Shown here: positions 47,600-57,383 of the stretch, one piece after another
How positions within the stretch are numbered: position 1 is the stretch's first letter
Layout of the letters: each line of letters opens with the position of its first letter
NCBI GenBank assembly: GCA_043821445.1
Contig: JBDRCT010000031.1
Location: 116,871 to 180,870, forward strand
Reading direction: 5' to 3'
From: Candidatus Omnitrophota bacterium
GTDB taxonomy: Bacteria > Omnitrophota > Omnitrophia > Omnitrophales > Aquincolibacteriaceae
Length of the DNA stretch: 64,000 nt
Translations under genes and position numbers: made by a program
The notes under the pieces: generated by a model
Database searches by the model: none
The model's input: the letters and a program-made list of their open reading frames with translations, nothing else
Told to the model about the DNA's origin: nothing

Positions 47600-49648
47600 T
47601 TGTTTTCCAGGTCTCTAGTCCGCCTGTTTACTAAGTTCTCTATGCTGGGCATCCTTATCTTTTCCTCTCCGGTTACCGCCCAGGAGCCCTTTGCGGGCCC
47701 TGAGGCGCTCTTGGAGGAAGTCCAGAAGAGCGCGTTCCGTTTTTTTGAGGAGCATCATCATCCGCATACAGGCCTCGTGCGGGATAGCGCGCCCAACAGG
47801 CCTGGCACCGTGAGTAATGCTCCGGCGAGCATTGCGGGGGTCGGATTTGCGCTTACGATCTATCCGGTGGCCGTGGAGCGGGGATGGATGAGCCGCACTT
47901 CGGCCCACGCGCTTACTGTGCGGACTTTGGAATTTTTCCTTGATCATGCCGCGCAGTACAAAGGTTTTTTCTATCATTTCCTGGATTTCGAGACCGGAGA
48001 AAGGATGAACGGCTCCGAGCTTTCGCCGATCGACACGGCGCTTTTTCTGGCGGGGGCCCTTTTTGCAGCCGAATATTACGATGACCCGGAAGTCCGGGAC
48101 CTTGTCCAAAAGATCTACGAACGCGTCGATTTCCCCTGGATGCTTAACAAAGGGAAGACCTTTGCGCTTGCCTGGAGTCCCGAGACGGGTTTTAGTAAAG
48201 CTCGCTGGGACCACTTCGATGAATGCCTGCTTCTTTATGTTCTGGCGATAGGTTCCCCGACCCATCCGGTCTCCGAGGAAACCTGGCGCGGAATCCTCCG
48301 AACGGCCGGGAGCTACCGGGATTATCGTCTGATCCAGATGCCGCCGCTTTTTGTGCATCAATACCCGCATGTGTGGCTTGATCTTCGAGGGCAAAACGAT
48401 GGATTTGCGGATTATTTTGAGAATTCCGTGAATGCCTCGCGCGCCAACCGTGCTTTTTGCATCGACCAGGCTTCGAAATTTTCGGGCTACGGTCCGGATC
48501 TCTGGGGGCTTTCAGCCTCCGAGGGTCCAACAGGGTATCGCGCATACGGTGCGCCTCCGGGTTGGACGGTTTTCCATGACGGGACGGTCGCGCCCGCGGC
48601 CTGCGGAAGTTCGATCGTGTTCACGCCCGAGGAATCTATCGCCTGCCTAGAGAACATCCGGACTTCTTACAGCGATGCGATGTGGGGACCTTACGGTTTC
48701 TCTGACGCCATGAACGTGGGCAAGGGATGGTTCAGCGACAAGGTCCTGGCAATCGACCAGGGACCGCTTCTTCTGATGATCGAAAATTACAGGACCGGGT
48801 TGATATGGAAATTCATGTCCCAAAGCGTTCCCGTCCGGGCAGCACTTGAAAAAACAGGGTTCCGGAAAGGGGCTTTGCCGCTTCCGTGGCCGGAGCCCCC
48901 TGTGTATCAAGCGCCCTATGTTTCACCGGGTATTCAAGTGGATGGATTTCTCAGGGATTGGCCTCCCGGCGAGACTCTTGTGATGAACCCGGAAGGGCAT
49001 AAAGATTTCGGGGATTTTGACGGTCCCAATGCCAATCAATCGAAACGAAGTGGAGATTGGGGCCGTCCAAACTACCATGACGGAAAAGAAATAAAAAGTG
49101 TGGACGGGCCTGGGGATTTTGGGGCCAAGATTCGTTTCGCGTGGGATAACGAATATCTTTATTTTGTCGCAAAAGTGGACGATGACGATGTGGTGGCGAG
49201 CAGGACGGGGCAGCATATCTGGCGAGATGATCTTTTGGAGATCTATATCGATCCGGAGGGAGATGGGCTTTTTTGGAATGATCCCCGGGATTTCCAACTG
49301 GGCTTCAGGCCTGGGCGTGACGACCGGGAGCTTGCGGCTTGGTCGTGGTTCCAGGGCGGGGAGGATCCCCGGGAGGGGAAAAAAGTCTACGCGAAAAGCT
49401 ATACCGACGCGAAAGGTTATATCATCGAAGGGGCCATCCGATGGGATTTCCTGGAAGTGACGCCGGAACCCGGCAAGGAGATCCGGCTCAGTCCGGCCGT
49501 GCATGAGGTCGATCGAAAAGGCGGCGATGGAAAACTTGTTTGGTTCTTTCGCAATGAAGAAAAATATCAGCGTTTTGTTCTGGGAAGGATTGTCTTAGTC
49601 CAAGGAAAGGAGATCCGGAATGCCGACGCCCCGAAAAGAAAAATCTGA
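47600..49648 (+). CDS. Secreted (alpha/alpha)6-barrel glycoside-hydrolase-like protein (GH144/DUF3131-like) with C-terminal CBM9-like carbohydrate-binding domain
   Basis: TTG start with an AGAGGAG RBS. Signal peptide. N-terminal glucoamylase-like region. C-terminal WDNEYLYFVAKVDDDDVV...LEIYIDPEG, typical of CBM9/DOMON-like modules. Confidence 0.6.
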   Translation: MFSRSLVRLFTKFSMLGILIFSSPVTAQEPFAGPEALLEEVQKSAFRFFEEHHHPHTGLVRDSAPNRPGTVSNAPASIAGVGFALTIYPVAVERGWMSRTSAHALTVRTLEFFLDHAAQYKGFFYHFLDFETGERMNGSELSPIDTALFLAGALFAAEYYDDPEVRDLVQKIYERVDFPWMLNKGKTFALAWSPETGFSKARWDHFDECLLLYVLAIGSPTHPVSEETWRGILRTAGSYRDYRLIQMPPLFVHQYPHVWLDLRGQNDGFADYFENSVNASRANRAFCIDQASKFSGYGPDLWGLSASEGPTGYRAYGAPPGWTVFHDGTVAPAACGSSIVFTPEESIACLENIRTSYSDAMWGPYGFSDAMNVGKGWFSDKVLAIDQGPLLLMIENYRTGLIWKFMSQSVPVRAALEKTGFRKGALPLPWPEPPVYQAPYVSPGIQVDGFLRDWPPGETLVMNPEGHKDFGDFDGPNANQSKRSGDWGRPNYHDGKEIKSVDGPGDFGAKIRFAWDNEYLYFVAKVDDDDVVASRTGQHIWRDDLLEIYIDPEGDGLFWNDPRDFQLGFRPGRDDRELAAWSWFQGGEDPREGKKVYAKSYTDAKGYIIEGAIRWDFLEVTPEPGKEIRLSPAVHEVDRKGGDGKLVWFFRNEEKYQRFVLGRIVLVQGKEIRNADAPKRKI

Positions 49649-49652
49649 AAAA

Positions 49653-50264
49653 ATGAAAACATGTGTACGTCCCCTTGAGATAGGTCCTGTCGTGAGGGGT
49701 TTGCGCAAAGAAAGAGGCCTGAGCGGTGTAGAGCTTTGCCGTCGCGGCAAGGGGATCGACCCCAAGACGCTTACGGCGCTTGAAAAGGGAAGGATCCGGA
49801 ACCCTTCGATGGTGACCTTGGAGGCGCTCGCGAAAGGGTTTGGTATGAGCGTAAGCGACCTTTTCCGAAAGGTCGAATTCGACCAACGGGACTATTTCTC
49901 CCTGGGTTCTCCAAAAGGGCTCTACAAGGTCGATCTTCTGTCCCAGGGCATTCAGCTGGTCTCTTTTACGCCGCTCATCGAGGAGCTTTTTTGCGGGAAA
50001 ATGATCCTTGAAGGTCAAAAGCAATTTGATCAAAAACTGTTCGGCAGGGACGGCGCCGGAGCTTTTTTTATTATGACCCTGATCGGCCAGTTCGAGGGAG
50101 AGATCGAAGGGCGCAAGGTGGTCCTGAAAGAGGGCGATAATCTTTATTTTTACGGAGGGATGAAATTTCATTTGACGAATACCCTCCAGCGCAACTCCAC
50201 GTTGCTTTTGGTTGCGGTACCGTCTTGCCTGAAAATGCCGAGGGTCTTTAGGAGGCAGGAGTAA
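49653..50264 (+). CDS. XRE-family HTH transcriptional regulator with C-terminal cupin domain
   Basis: HTH_3 region (LRKERGLSGVELCRRG...) followed by a cupin-like C-terminus. The ORF track starts at 49620. Confidence 0.75.
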   Translation: MKTCVRPLEIGPVVRGLRKERGLSGVELCRRGKGIDPKTLTALEKGRIRNPSMVTLEALAKGFGMSVSDLFRKVEFDQRDYFSLGSPKGLYKVDLLSQGIQLVSFTPLIEELFCGKMILEGQKQFDQKLFGRDGAGAFFIMTLIGQFEGEIEGRKVVLKEGDNLYFYGGMKFHLTNTLQRNSTLLLVAVPSCLKMPRVFRRQE

Positions 50265-50581
50265 CTTCATTCGTACTTTAAGGGATCATTTTTTCGGGCG
50301 AGTGCCCATCCTCATCCGTGAATACCTTTCAAGGAGGAAGGTGGGGTTCCCAAGACGAATTTATGACATTAACTTAGATATTTCTTTGCCGATAAAAGAA
50401 GGGCTGTCCCAATATTGATCGAATAGTTCGAATACCAGCGATGGGAGCGGAACAATTCCCATGTCGATCCATGAGCGCAAGGCGGTGATGGGAGCCGTCC
50501 TTGGCGGTTTTTGAAAGAAATAAAATACTAGACAAGTACTATGGATTTTTGACTTAACCGTGGTAAAATGCCGCCAACACA

Positions 50582-52570
50582 ATGTTTATGAAAAAAATCT
50601 CTTTTTATCTCTTAGTGTTCTTTAGCGCCGCAGGTTTTTGCTTGTCCTCCTCCCAAGGACAAGCCTCGGAGAGCACGGTGCCGACGGCCGGTATTTCCAC
50701 AGCTTCCAAAGATGGATCCATTCCCGGCATAGATTCTCAGAAGAAGTCATGGTGGCGCCGATCTTTACCGGCGGTCACGGGTCAGGATTCACAGTCCCCA
50801 CCTGCTTCGGCGGCTCCCGTGGTTTCAAAAAAGTCTTCCCAGACGCCTAAACGCGCCCAAGAGCCTGTCGCTGTTCGCAAAAATGCGCCTCCTGCAAAGA
50901 TCGAGATCGTGAATGGAAAAGAAAAGAAAAGACAGAGCCAACGCAGAAGGGCCAAAGAGGAGGCTCGCGCGGAGGCCCTGGAAAAGGCCGTTGAGCAGCA
51001 GGTAGAAGCATTGCGGGCGGCGCGCGCGCGGGAAATGCCTTATTTGGACAAAGTCTATATCCGGACCAGCATTACACCGTTCAAGATCCAGCAGAAAGAG
51101 GCATTCCTAAGCGGCGGGAAGAAGGATCTCCAAGACCTCATTCTCCGCGCTCAATCCGTACACACCCAGGCCAAGGCCGCCCATGAGAATATCACGCTCT
51201 ATAACCGGCGTGTGCTTCTGGCCTTGCGGAAACTTTTCCCGGAGGTCTCGTTTAACTTCAATGATCGCGAAGGCCTGATCAACACCAATAATTTCACGGG
51301 AGACGATTGGCATGTCACGCTTCGCCAGCCCATCTTTAACGGAGGGGTCCTTTGGAATACGCTCCTGCAGGAAAAGGCGAGCCTGGAGGCTTCGAAAAAG
51401 CAATACGATAAGACCGTCGCCGATCTCGTGTTCGATCTTTCCCGTGCTTATTTTGAATACCAACGGACCTTGCAGACCGCCGAAGAACATCGTATTGCAG
51501 TGGAGAAGATGAAGCGCTTCGCGGAAATGTCGGAAGAGAAGTTCAACGAAAAGATCATTTCCGAGATCGAACATCTGAACGTACAGTCGCTTTACAGCCA
51601 GATGCAGTTCGATCTTGAGTCTGCGAATCAGGAACTGGAGATCGCGAAGCTCGATCTTCAGAAATATCTCGATCTTTCGGTGGACGATCAGTTCACGCTA
51701 GCCAAGATCTATGATCTTGGCGATGTAGTCGAAGGACAGGCGATCCCTGCGGGAAGTACGCCTGGAGACAAGAACCTACCCGATGTTTTTAAAGGTCAAG
51801 ATAAAGCGCCGGAACTTTCAAAATTGATCGACCTCTCGTATGAACATCGTCCGGAACTCCAGGTGGAGGCCGCGAAACTCCAGGTGATGCGACTCGGTGA
51901 GCGTATCCGGTGGGGCGAATTTTTGCCCAAGGCCAATCTGACCTATCAGTTCGGGGCGCTGGGTGAGGCTTATCTCAATAATGGCGCGGTTTATGGCGGT
52001 AGTGGTTATAACGCTAAAAACGAACCCATCCTGAAAAAAGAGTGGCAGCTCATGCTCGAAATGAACTGGAATGTCGGCGGCAATAAGATGAGTTATACTT
52101 TTTCCCGGGATAAAAAAGCACCATCCATTACACAGTTTGATCAGGCTTCAGGTACCATGCTTCGAAAGAACGGTCTCACTTTCGGGGTTCTGGATGGTCT
52201 GGATGCTTTTGTGAACGTGAAACAGGCCGAGGTCGACAAACTCAATCAGGTTGTGGAGTTGGAAAAGGCCGAAAAACAGGTGCTTCAGGACGTGAAACAG
52301 GCCTTTTACGACTATCAAAAATCCGTGATCCAGGTGAATTCCACGGTCAAGCGTTTGGAATATCGCAAACGCTTGCGCGAATTCGCCGAACACCGGCTGA
52401 GCAAAAAAGAGATCGAGCTTTCCGAATATCTTCAGGCCGAATCCGATCTTGTGCGCGAAAAGGCGGAACTTCACAAGGCTCTCAAGGAATATTTTTCGGC
52501 CAGGGCGGCGCTTAATCATGCGGTGGGTATCCAGAATTTCTTTAACATGGATAGCCCTCAGAAAAAGTAG
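50582..52570 (+). CDS. TolC-family outer membrane efflux protein with an extended N-terminal low-complexity region
   Basis: Signal peptide. About 150 aa of S/P/A/K/E-rich sequence, then two OEP-type repeats (coiled alpha-helical + beta) typical of TolC/OprM. Confidence 0.75.
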   Translation: MFMKKISFYLLVFFSAAGFCLSSSQGQASESTVPTAGISTASKDGSIPGIDSQKKSWWRRSLPAVTGQDSQSPPASAAPVVSKKSSQTPKRAQEPVAVRKNAPPAKIEIVNGKEKKRQSQRRRAKEEARAEALEKAVEQQVEALRAARAREMPYLDKVYIRTSITPFKIQQKEAFLSGGKKDLQDLILRAQSVHTQAKAAHENITLYNRRVLLALRKLFPEVSFNFNDREGLINTNNFTGDDWHVTLRQPIFNGGVLWNTLLQEKASLEASKKQYDKTVADLVFDLSRAYFEYQRTLQTAEEHRIAVEKMKRFAEMSEEKFNEKIISEIEHLNVQSLYSQMQFDLESANQELEIAKLDLQKYLDLSVDDQFTLAKIYDLGDVVEGQAIPAGSTPGDKNLPDVFKGQDKAPELSKLIDLSYEHRPELQVEAAKLQVMRLGERIRWGEFLPKANLTYQFGALGEAYLNNGAVYGGSGYNAKNEPILKKEWQLMLEMNWNVGGNKMSYTFSRDKKAPSITQFDQASGTMLRKNGLTFGVLDGLDAFVNVKQAEVDKLNQVVELEKAEKQVLQDVKQAFYDYQKSVIQVNSTVKRLEYRKRLREFAEHRLSKKEIELSEYLQAESDLVREKAELHKALKEYFSARAALNHAVGIQNFFNMDSPQKK

Positions 52571-52600
52571 GAACGGTTCCGAGGGCGGCAAAAGATTTTT

Positions 52601-54079
52601 TTGAAGGCACCATTTCAGACGGAGTTTAAAATGAACATGCAAAACGAAGATTATCCCGGGGACAAGAGTTCTCCGTTCAAGATCAGATCCCCCTCATCGG
52701 AAGGGCCGGCCAAAATGCCGTTTCAGATCCCAAAAAAAAATAAAAATACATGGTTTGATCGGAATAAAGTGCGTCTTGTTATTATCGCGGTCGCCGTAGC
52801 GGGGTTGTTTTTTGGGGGCAAGACGGTGATGGAGCGGTTCTTTAAGACTTCAAAGCCTTCTTTGAGTGAAACGATGAAACAGCAGCAACAGGTGGCCAAG
52901 GATGCGCCGGTGGCGGTCAAAGGTTTTAAGGTCGGCCGGTTCAATTATGAAGATTCCATGAACGTGCTTGGGACGATCAAGGGGTCTATGGAGCTGAAAC
53001 TCAGCTTCGAGATCCCGGGCGTGATCAGTTCGATCAATTACAAGGAAGGGGAGCGCTACGAAGAAGGCGCCCTGCTCGTCTCCTTGAAACAGGATGATAT
53101 TCTCTTGCGATTGAAAAGGGCCCAAGCGGCTTTCAATAAAGCGGAGTCCCAAGCCAAAGTGGCGGAGAACGAGGTCGCGGAGAATGAGAAACTTCTGAAG
53201 ATGGGGGCGATACCGCCGTCGACGGTAGAAAAAAAGAAATTAGAAATGGATGCCGCAAAATACGAAGCCGAGGCCCAGCGTCTTGAGATGAAGGCGAACG
53301 AGGCCATGCTCGAGAAGTCCAACCTTTACGCTCCTTCCTCCGGGATGCTGGGAGATCTGAACGTCGAGGAAGGGGAAAATATCAGCCAAAGCACGCTGAT
53401 CGGGACCCACATCAATATCGAATATGTTTATGCCGAGTTTGGGATCGTGGAGCGTGACGTCCAGAAGATCACGCTGGGACAGAAGGCCAAGGTCTTCGTG
53501 GACGCTTATCCGGATAAGACCTTTGAAGGCGTGATTGAAAATATTGCGCCGCAGATCTCGGGAACAAGCCGTACTTCTACGGCCAAGGTGCGTATTGAAA
53601 ATCCCGAAAGATTGCTGATGCCGGGTATGTTCGCCCGTGTTCGCATCATGCTTTACAGTAAGAAGGACGCTTTAGTGGTGCCGACGGATGCCATCCAGGG
53701 CGGTGAAGGCGAGAAGTTCGTTTATGTGATTAAAATGTCCGGAGGTTTCGCTTCCAATGCCATAGAATCCAAGGTCGCAGGAGTCATGGGGGGAGGGCTT
53801 GGCGCTGTGGCTGCGTTGAGCGCCGGGGCCAAGGGTCAGGAAAAGATCGAGAAGAAGAGCGGAAAAGAAGCCGGTAAGGCGACAAGAGAAAAAGATTCCT
53901 CCAGGATCGAGGAAGGCACCGCTGAGAAACGTCCTGTGACCGTGGGTTACACCCGCACCGACTACTCTCAGATCGATGCGGGCCTTACGGAAGGAGAGAT
54001 TGTCGTTATGACCGGGTTCGAGAGATTGGAGGATGGAAAGAAGATCCGCTTGATCGAAACCCAAGAAGCCGAGCTTTAG
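52601..54079 (+). CDS. Efflux RND periplasmic adaptor subunit (HlyD/MFP family)
   Basis: TM anchor, coiled-coil hairpin, lipoyl-like and beta-barrel domains. An alternative start at 52631 is possible. Confidence 0.82.
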   Translation: MKAPFQTEFKMNMQNEDYPGDKSSPFKIRSPSSEGPAKMPFQIPKKNKNTWFDRNKVRLVIIAVAVAGLFFGGKTVMERFFKTSKPSLSETMKQQQQVAKDAPVAVKGFKVGRFNYEDSMNVLGTIKGSMELKLSFEIPGVISSINYKEGERYEEGALLVSLKQDDILLRLKRAQAAFNKAESQAKVAENEVAENEKLLKMGAIPPSTVEKKKLEMDAAKYEAEAQRLEMKANEAMLEKSNLYAPSSGMLGDLNVEEGENISQSTLIGTHINIEYVYAEFGIVERDVQKITLGQKAKVFVDAYPDKTFEGVIENIAPQISGTSRTSTAKVRIENPERLLMPGMFARVRIMLYSKKDALVVPTDAIQGGEGEKFVYVIKMSGGFASNAIESKVAGVMGGGLGAVAALSAGAKGQEKIEKKSGKEAGKATREKDSSRIEEGTAEKRPVTVGYTRTDYSQIDAGLTEGEIVVMTGFERLEDGKKIRLIETQEAEL

Positions 54080-54123
54080 CGTTATGCGGACGAGCAAAGA
54101 TCTCCGCAGAATGATCCCCCCCT

Positions 54124-57100
54124 ATGAGCCTTCCTGAATTCGCGATCAAGAAAAAGGTCACCGTTTACATGTTCACGCTCGGACTGGTTCTCCTGGGCGT
54201 TCTTTCTTTCAAACGTCTGCCGCAAGACCTTTTCCCTCCGATTACGTTCCCTCAGGTCACGATTGTTACCGATTATTCGAACGCAGCGCCCGAAGAGATC
54301 GAGACGCTCATCACGCGCGTGGTGGAGGAAGCGATCGGGTCCGTTTCCGGATTGAAACGCATTGAATCCATTTCGCGCGAAGGACGCAGCACCATCATGG
54401 CGTCCTTCAATTGGGGTCAGGATATTGATTTCGCAGCACTGGCTGTTCGCGAAAAGGTCGATCTGATCAAGGAAAGGCTTCCCAAGGAGGCCGAAGATCC
54501 CGTGGTTTTGAAGTTCGATCCTCTTGCCCGTCCGATTCTCCTGCTTTCCGTCACAGCTCCGGATCTTCCTCCTGTGCGCATGAAACTCTTGACCGAGAAA
54601 ATGGTCAAAGATCGCCTGGAAAAGGTGGAGGGGGTCGCCTCGGTAAATCTTTCGGGCGGTGTGAATCGCGAGATCTTGGTGGAGATTGACCAGCCGCGCC
54701 TTCAAGCCAACCATCTTTCGCTTCTTGAGGTCGTCAATTCGCTTGATGAAGCCAATGTGTCCTATCCCGCGGGCAGCATCAAAAAGGGTCTTTATGAATA
54801 TCTGATCCGGACGGTCGGAGATTTCCGTTCGCCGGCCGAGATCGGATATGCCGTGGTCGGGGTTGACAACGTGGAAAAACTCCGCAGGGAAGATATAAGC
54901 TTTGTCGAGCGCGACACGAGCGAGGGTCCCCGCCGGACGATCGAGAGATTGCGGGGAGAGGTTGAAAAGCAGATGCTCGAGAAGCGCCTTGTGACCGTCA
55001 AGGATATCGGGAATGTGGTGGACGGGCTGGCGGGCAAGACCAGTATTTCCCGTTATAATGGGGCCGAAAATATTTCCGTGGCCATTCAAAAACAGTCGAA
55101 TGCGAACACCATTCAGGTCGTGGACAAACTTCGTAAGGAGCTGAAATTCCTCGAAGAGGATCTCAATTCCCGCGGGCTTCAGGTCAAGATCATTTACGAC
55201 CACTCCATTTTTATCCGCAATACGATCGAAAACCTGGCTCATGAGGCCATACAGGGCGGTGTTTTGGCTCTGATCACGCTCTACATCTATCTTCGCGCTA
55301 TCGCGATGTCGGTCCTGGTGGTCGTGTCGCTGCCACTGACCATTTTGGGCGTGTTTTTCCTGATGGCTATGGCGGGGGTCACGGTCAACATCATGTCCCT
55401 CGGAGGGCTCGCGATCGCCATCGGGATGATCTTAGACACCAGCATTGTGGTGCTGGAGAATGTTTTTCGCAAACGCCAGGAGGGCGCCAATGCGGAACAG
55501 GGTGCTATCGACGGCGCTACGGAAGTGGTATGGCCTGTGGTGTCCTCCAATCTGACCACAATCGCCGTATTTTTTCCTTTGATCGTATTTGTGCCGGGCG
55601 TCGCGGGCCAGATCTTCAAGGATCTCGCCTGGGCGATCATTTTTTCGCAGATCATCTCGACTTTCATCCCGTTGACTCTGATAACGTTGCTTTCTACTTA
55701 TGTGGCAGTGAATCAGCAGGAGTACAAGCCGCTTAGCCTCACGGGTGACCTGGATCAAAGGATCATGGCGATGCCCACAAAAACGGGGCAAAATCGTTTT
55801 ATGACCGGGATCCTAATTACCGCGTTCGTGGTGCTTGCATCGACTTTTCTGATAGTTCCGACCATTGACCGCGAGGTTTTGCCAAAAGTAGACCAAGGGC
55901 AGTTCTACGTGAAGGTCGATATGCCGCTCGGGACGCGACTCAATGTTACCGACGGAATTTGTAGGCGACTGGAAGAAATATTGCGTTCGGAGGATGCTGT
56001 CCAGGATATTTCTATCGCGATCGGCAGCGAAAAAACGAGTCGCGGAGAGATCAAGATCGAAACCCTCCGGCCTTCTCAAGCGCTTATCCTTGTGACACTC
56101 GACAGGAAAAGGAAGCAGTCATCCTCCAAGATCGTGGCTTTGCTCAAGAAAGAAATCGAGGCGACGAACTTCGAGAAAGATGAAGCTAGGGTTGAATTCG
56201 TGCTTCAGGAAAGCGAATTCTCGGTCGGGGCCGGCAGTATCAAGCCGATCCTGATCGAGGCCAAAGGATACGATTTTACGGCTATGGAAGGTCTTGTGAA
56301 CCGGCTCAAGGAGCGCCTTGGCGCGATCTCGGGGATCATCAATATCCAGGATGACATCGGGGAGAAAACGCCCGAAACGAAACTCGAGATCAATAAAAAG
56401 CGCGCGGCTCTTTATGGGATTTCCGCGATGGATGTTTCGCTCACAGCGAAAGCGGCCATTGAAGGCGTGGTCGCGACGCAGTACCGTGAGGCGGGCCGCG
56501 AGATCGATGTGCGGGTCAGGTTGAGCGATAAAGACAAGGAGAACATCTCGAATCTTGGCACTTTGTTGCTTTACTCAAAGGTCTTGGACATTCACGTTCC
56601 TCTGAAGGAGATCGCCCAGATCAATCGAGGACAGGGGCCGAGCGAGATACGGCGCATGGACCAGGAGCGCACGGTGACCATTTCGGCCGAGATCGATAAG
56701 ACCCGTCAGGACAAAGATGTTCTCGCCGATGTCCAAAAGTTCCTCGCGGGGTTGAAGGTTCCCGACGACATCCCGCAGGATTTCCAGGTCAGACTTTCCG
56801 GTAAAGCCAAGGAGATCAAAGAGAATTTCGGAGGCGTTATTTTCGCGTTCGTGCTCGCCATCATGCTCGTTTATATGATCATGGCCGCCCAGTTCGAGTC
56901 TTTTCTGCAGCCCCTGATCATTATGGTCACTGTGCCACTTTCGTTCGGGGGTGCGCTCATCGCTTTAAAAGTGACCGGGAGCTCCTTTAACGTGATCTCG
57001 CTTTTGGGTCTCGTGCTTTTGGGCGGCGTGGTCGTGGGCAACGGGATCGTGCTGATGGAATATATCAACCAGCTCCGTTCGGAAGGTAAGGAGATGGTCG

Positions 57101-57381
57101 CCGCCGTATGGGAGGCGGTGCGCACGAGAACGCGCCCCGTGCTCATGTCGTCCACCACGACTATTATGGGCATGTTCCCGATCGCTCTCGGGCTTGGAGA
57201 GGGCGGTGGGCTTCTGTCGCCTCTGGCCATTACGGCCATGGGCGGTCTTTTCTCTTCCACGGTGCTGACGCTGATCGTGCTTCCGTGTCTTTACATTATC
57301 GTGAACCGGTTCATGGAAAAGTATCTTGGTTACGAGGAAGAGACCGTTGAAGAAAGCTCCGCAACGCCTCCTTCGGCCTGA
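54124..57381 (+). CDS. RND efflux permease (AcrB/CzcA superfamily), subunit 1
   Basis: 1085 aa, 12 TM helices with two large periplasmic loops, and conserved TM4/TM10 regions. Confidence 0.9.
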   Translation: MSLPEFAIKKKVTVYMFTLGLVLLGVLSFKRLPQDLFPPITFPQVTIVTDYSNAAPEEIETLITRVVEEAIGSVSGLKRIESISREGRSTIMASFNWGQDIDFAALAVREKVDLIKERLPKEAEDPVVLKFDPLARPILLLSVTAPDLPPVRMKLLTEKMVKDRLEKVEGVASVNLSGGVNREILVEIDQPRLQANHLSLLEVVNSLDEANVSYPAGSIKKGLYEYLIRTVGDFRSPAEIGYAVVGVDNVEKLRREDISFVERDTSEGPRRTIERLRGEVEKQMLEKRLVTVKDIGNVVDGLAGKTSISRYNGAENISVAIQKQSNANTIQVVDKLRKELKFLEEDLNSRGLQVKIIYDHSIFIRNTIENLAHEAIQGGVLALITLYIYLRAIAMSVLVVVSLPLTILGVFFLMAMAGVTVNIMSLGGLAIAIGMILDTSIVVLENVFRKRQEGANAEQGAIDGATEVVWPVVSSNLTTIAVFFPLIVFVPGVAGQIFKDLAWAIIFSQIISTFIPLTLITLLSTYVAVNQQEYKPLSLTGDLDQRIMAMPTKTGQNRFMTGILITAFVVLASTFLIVPTIDREVLPKVDQGQFYVKVDMPLGTRLNVTDGICRRLEEILRSEDAVQDISIAIGSEKTSRGEIKIETLRPSQALILVTLDRKRKQSSSKIVALLKKEIEATNFEKDEARVEFVLQESEFSVGAGSIKPILIEAKGYDFTAMEGLVNRLKERLGAISGIINIQDDIGEKTPETKLEINKKRAALYGISAMDVSLTAKAAIEGVVATQYREAGREIDVRVRLSDKDKENISNLGTLLLYSKVLDIHVPLKEIAQINRGQGPSEIRRMDQERTVTISAEIDKTRQDKDVLADVQKFLAGLKVPDDIPQDFQVRLSGKAKEIKENFGGVIFAFVLAIMLVYMIMAAQFESFLQPLIIMVTVPLSFGGALIALKVTGSSFNVISLLGLVLLGGVVVGNGIVLMEYINQLRSEGKEMVAAVWEAVRTRTRPVLMSSTTTIMGMFPIALGLGEGGGLLSPLAITAMGGLFSSTVLTLIVLPCLYIIVNRFMEKYLGYEEETVEESSATPPSA

Positions 57382-57383
57382 TC

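Noticed and set aside
47615-48394. 259-aa minus-strand ORF, and the 48923..49504 / 49488..50270 minus ORFs
   Set aside because: They are antisense to the secreted hydrolase and XRE-cupin genes, with highly basic low-complexity translations.
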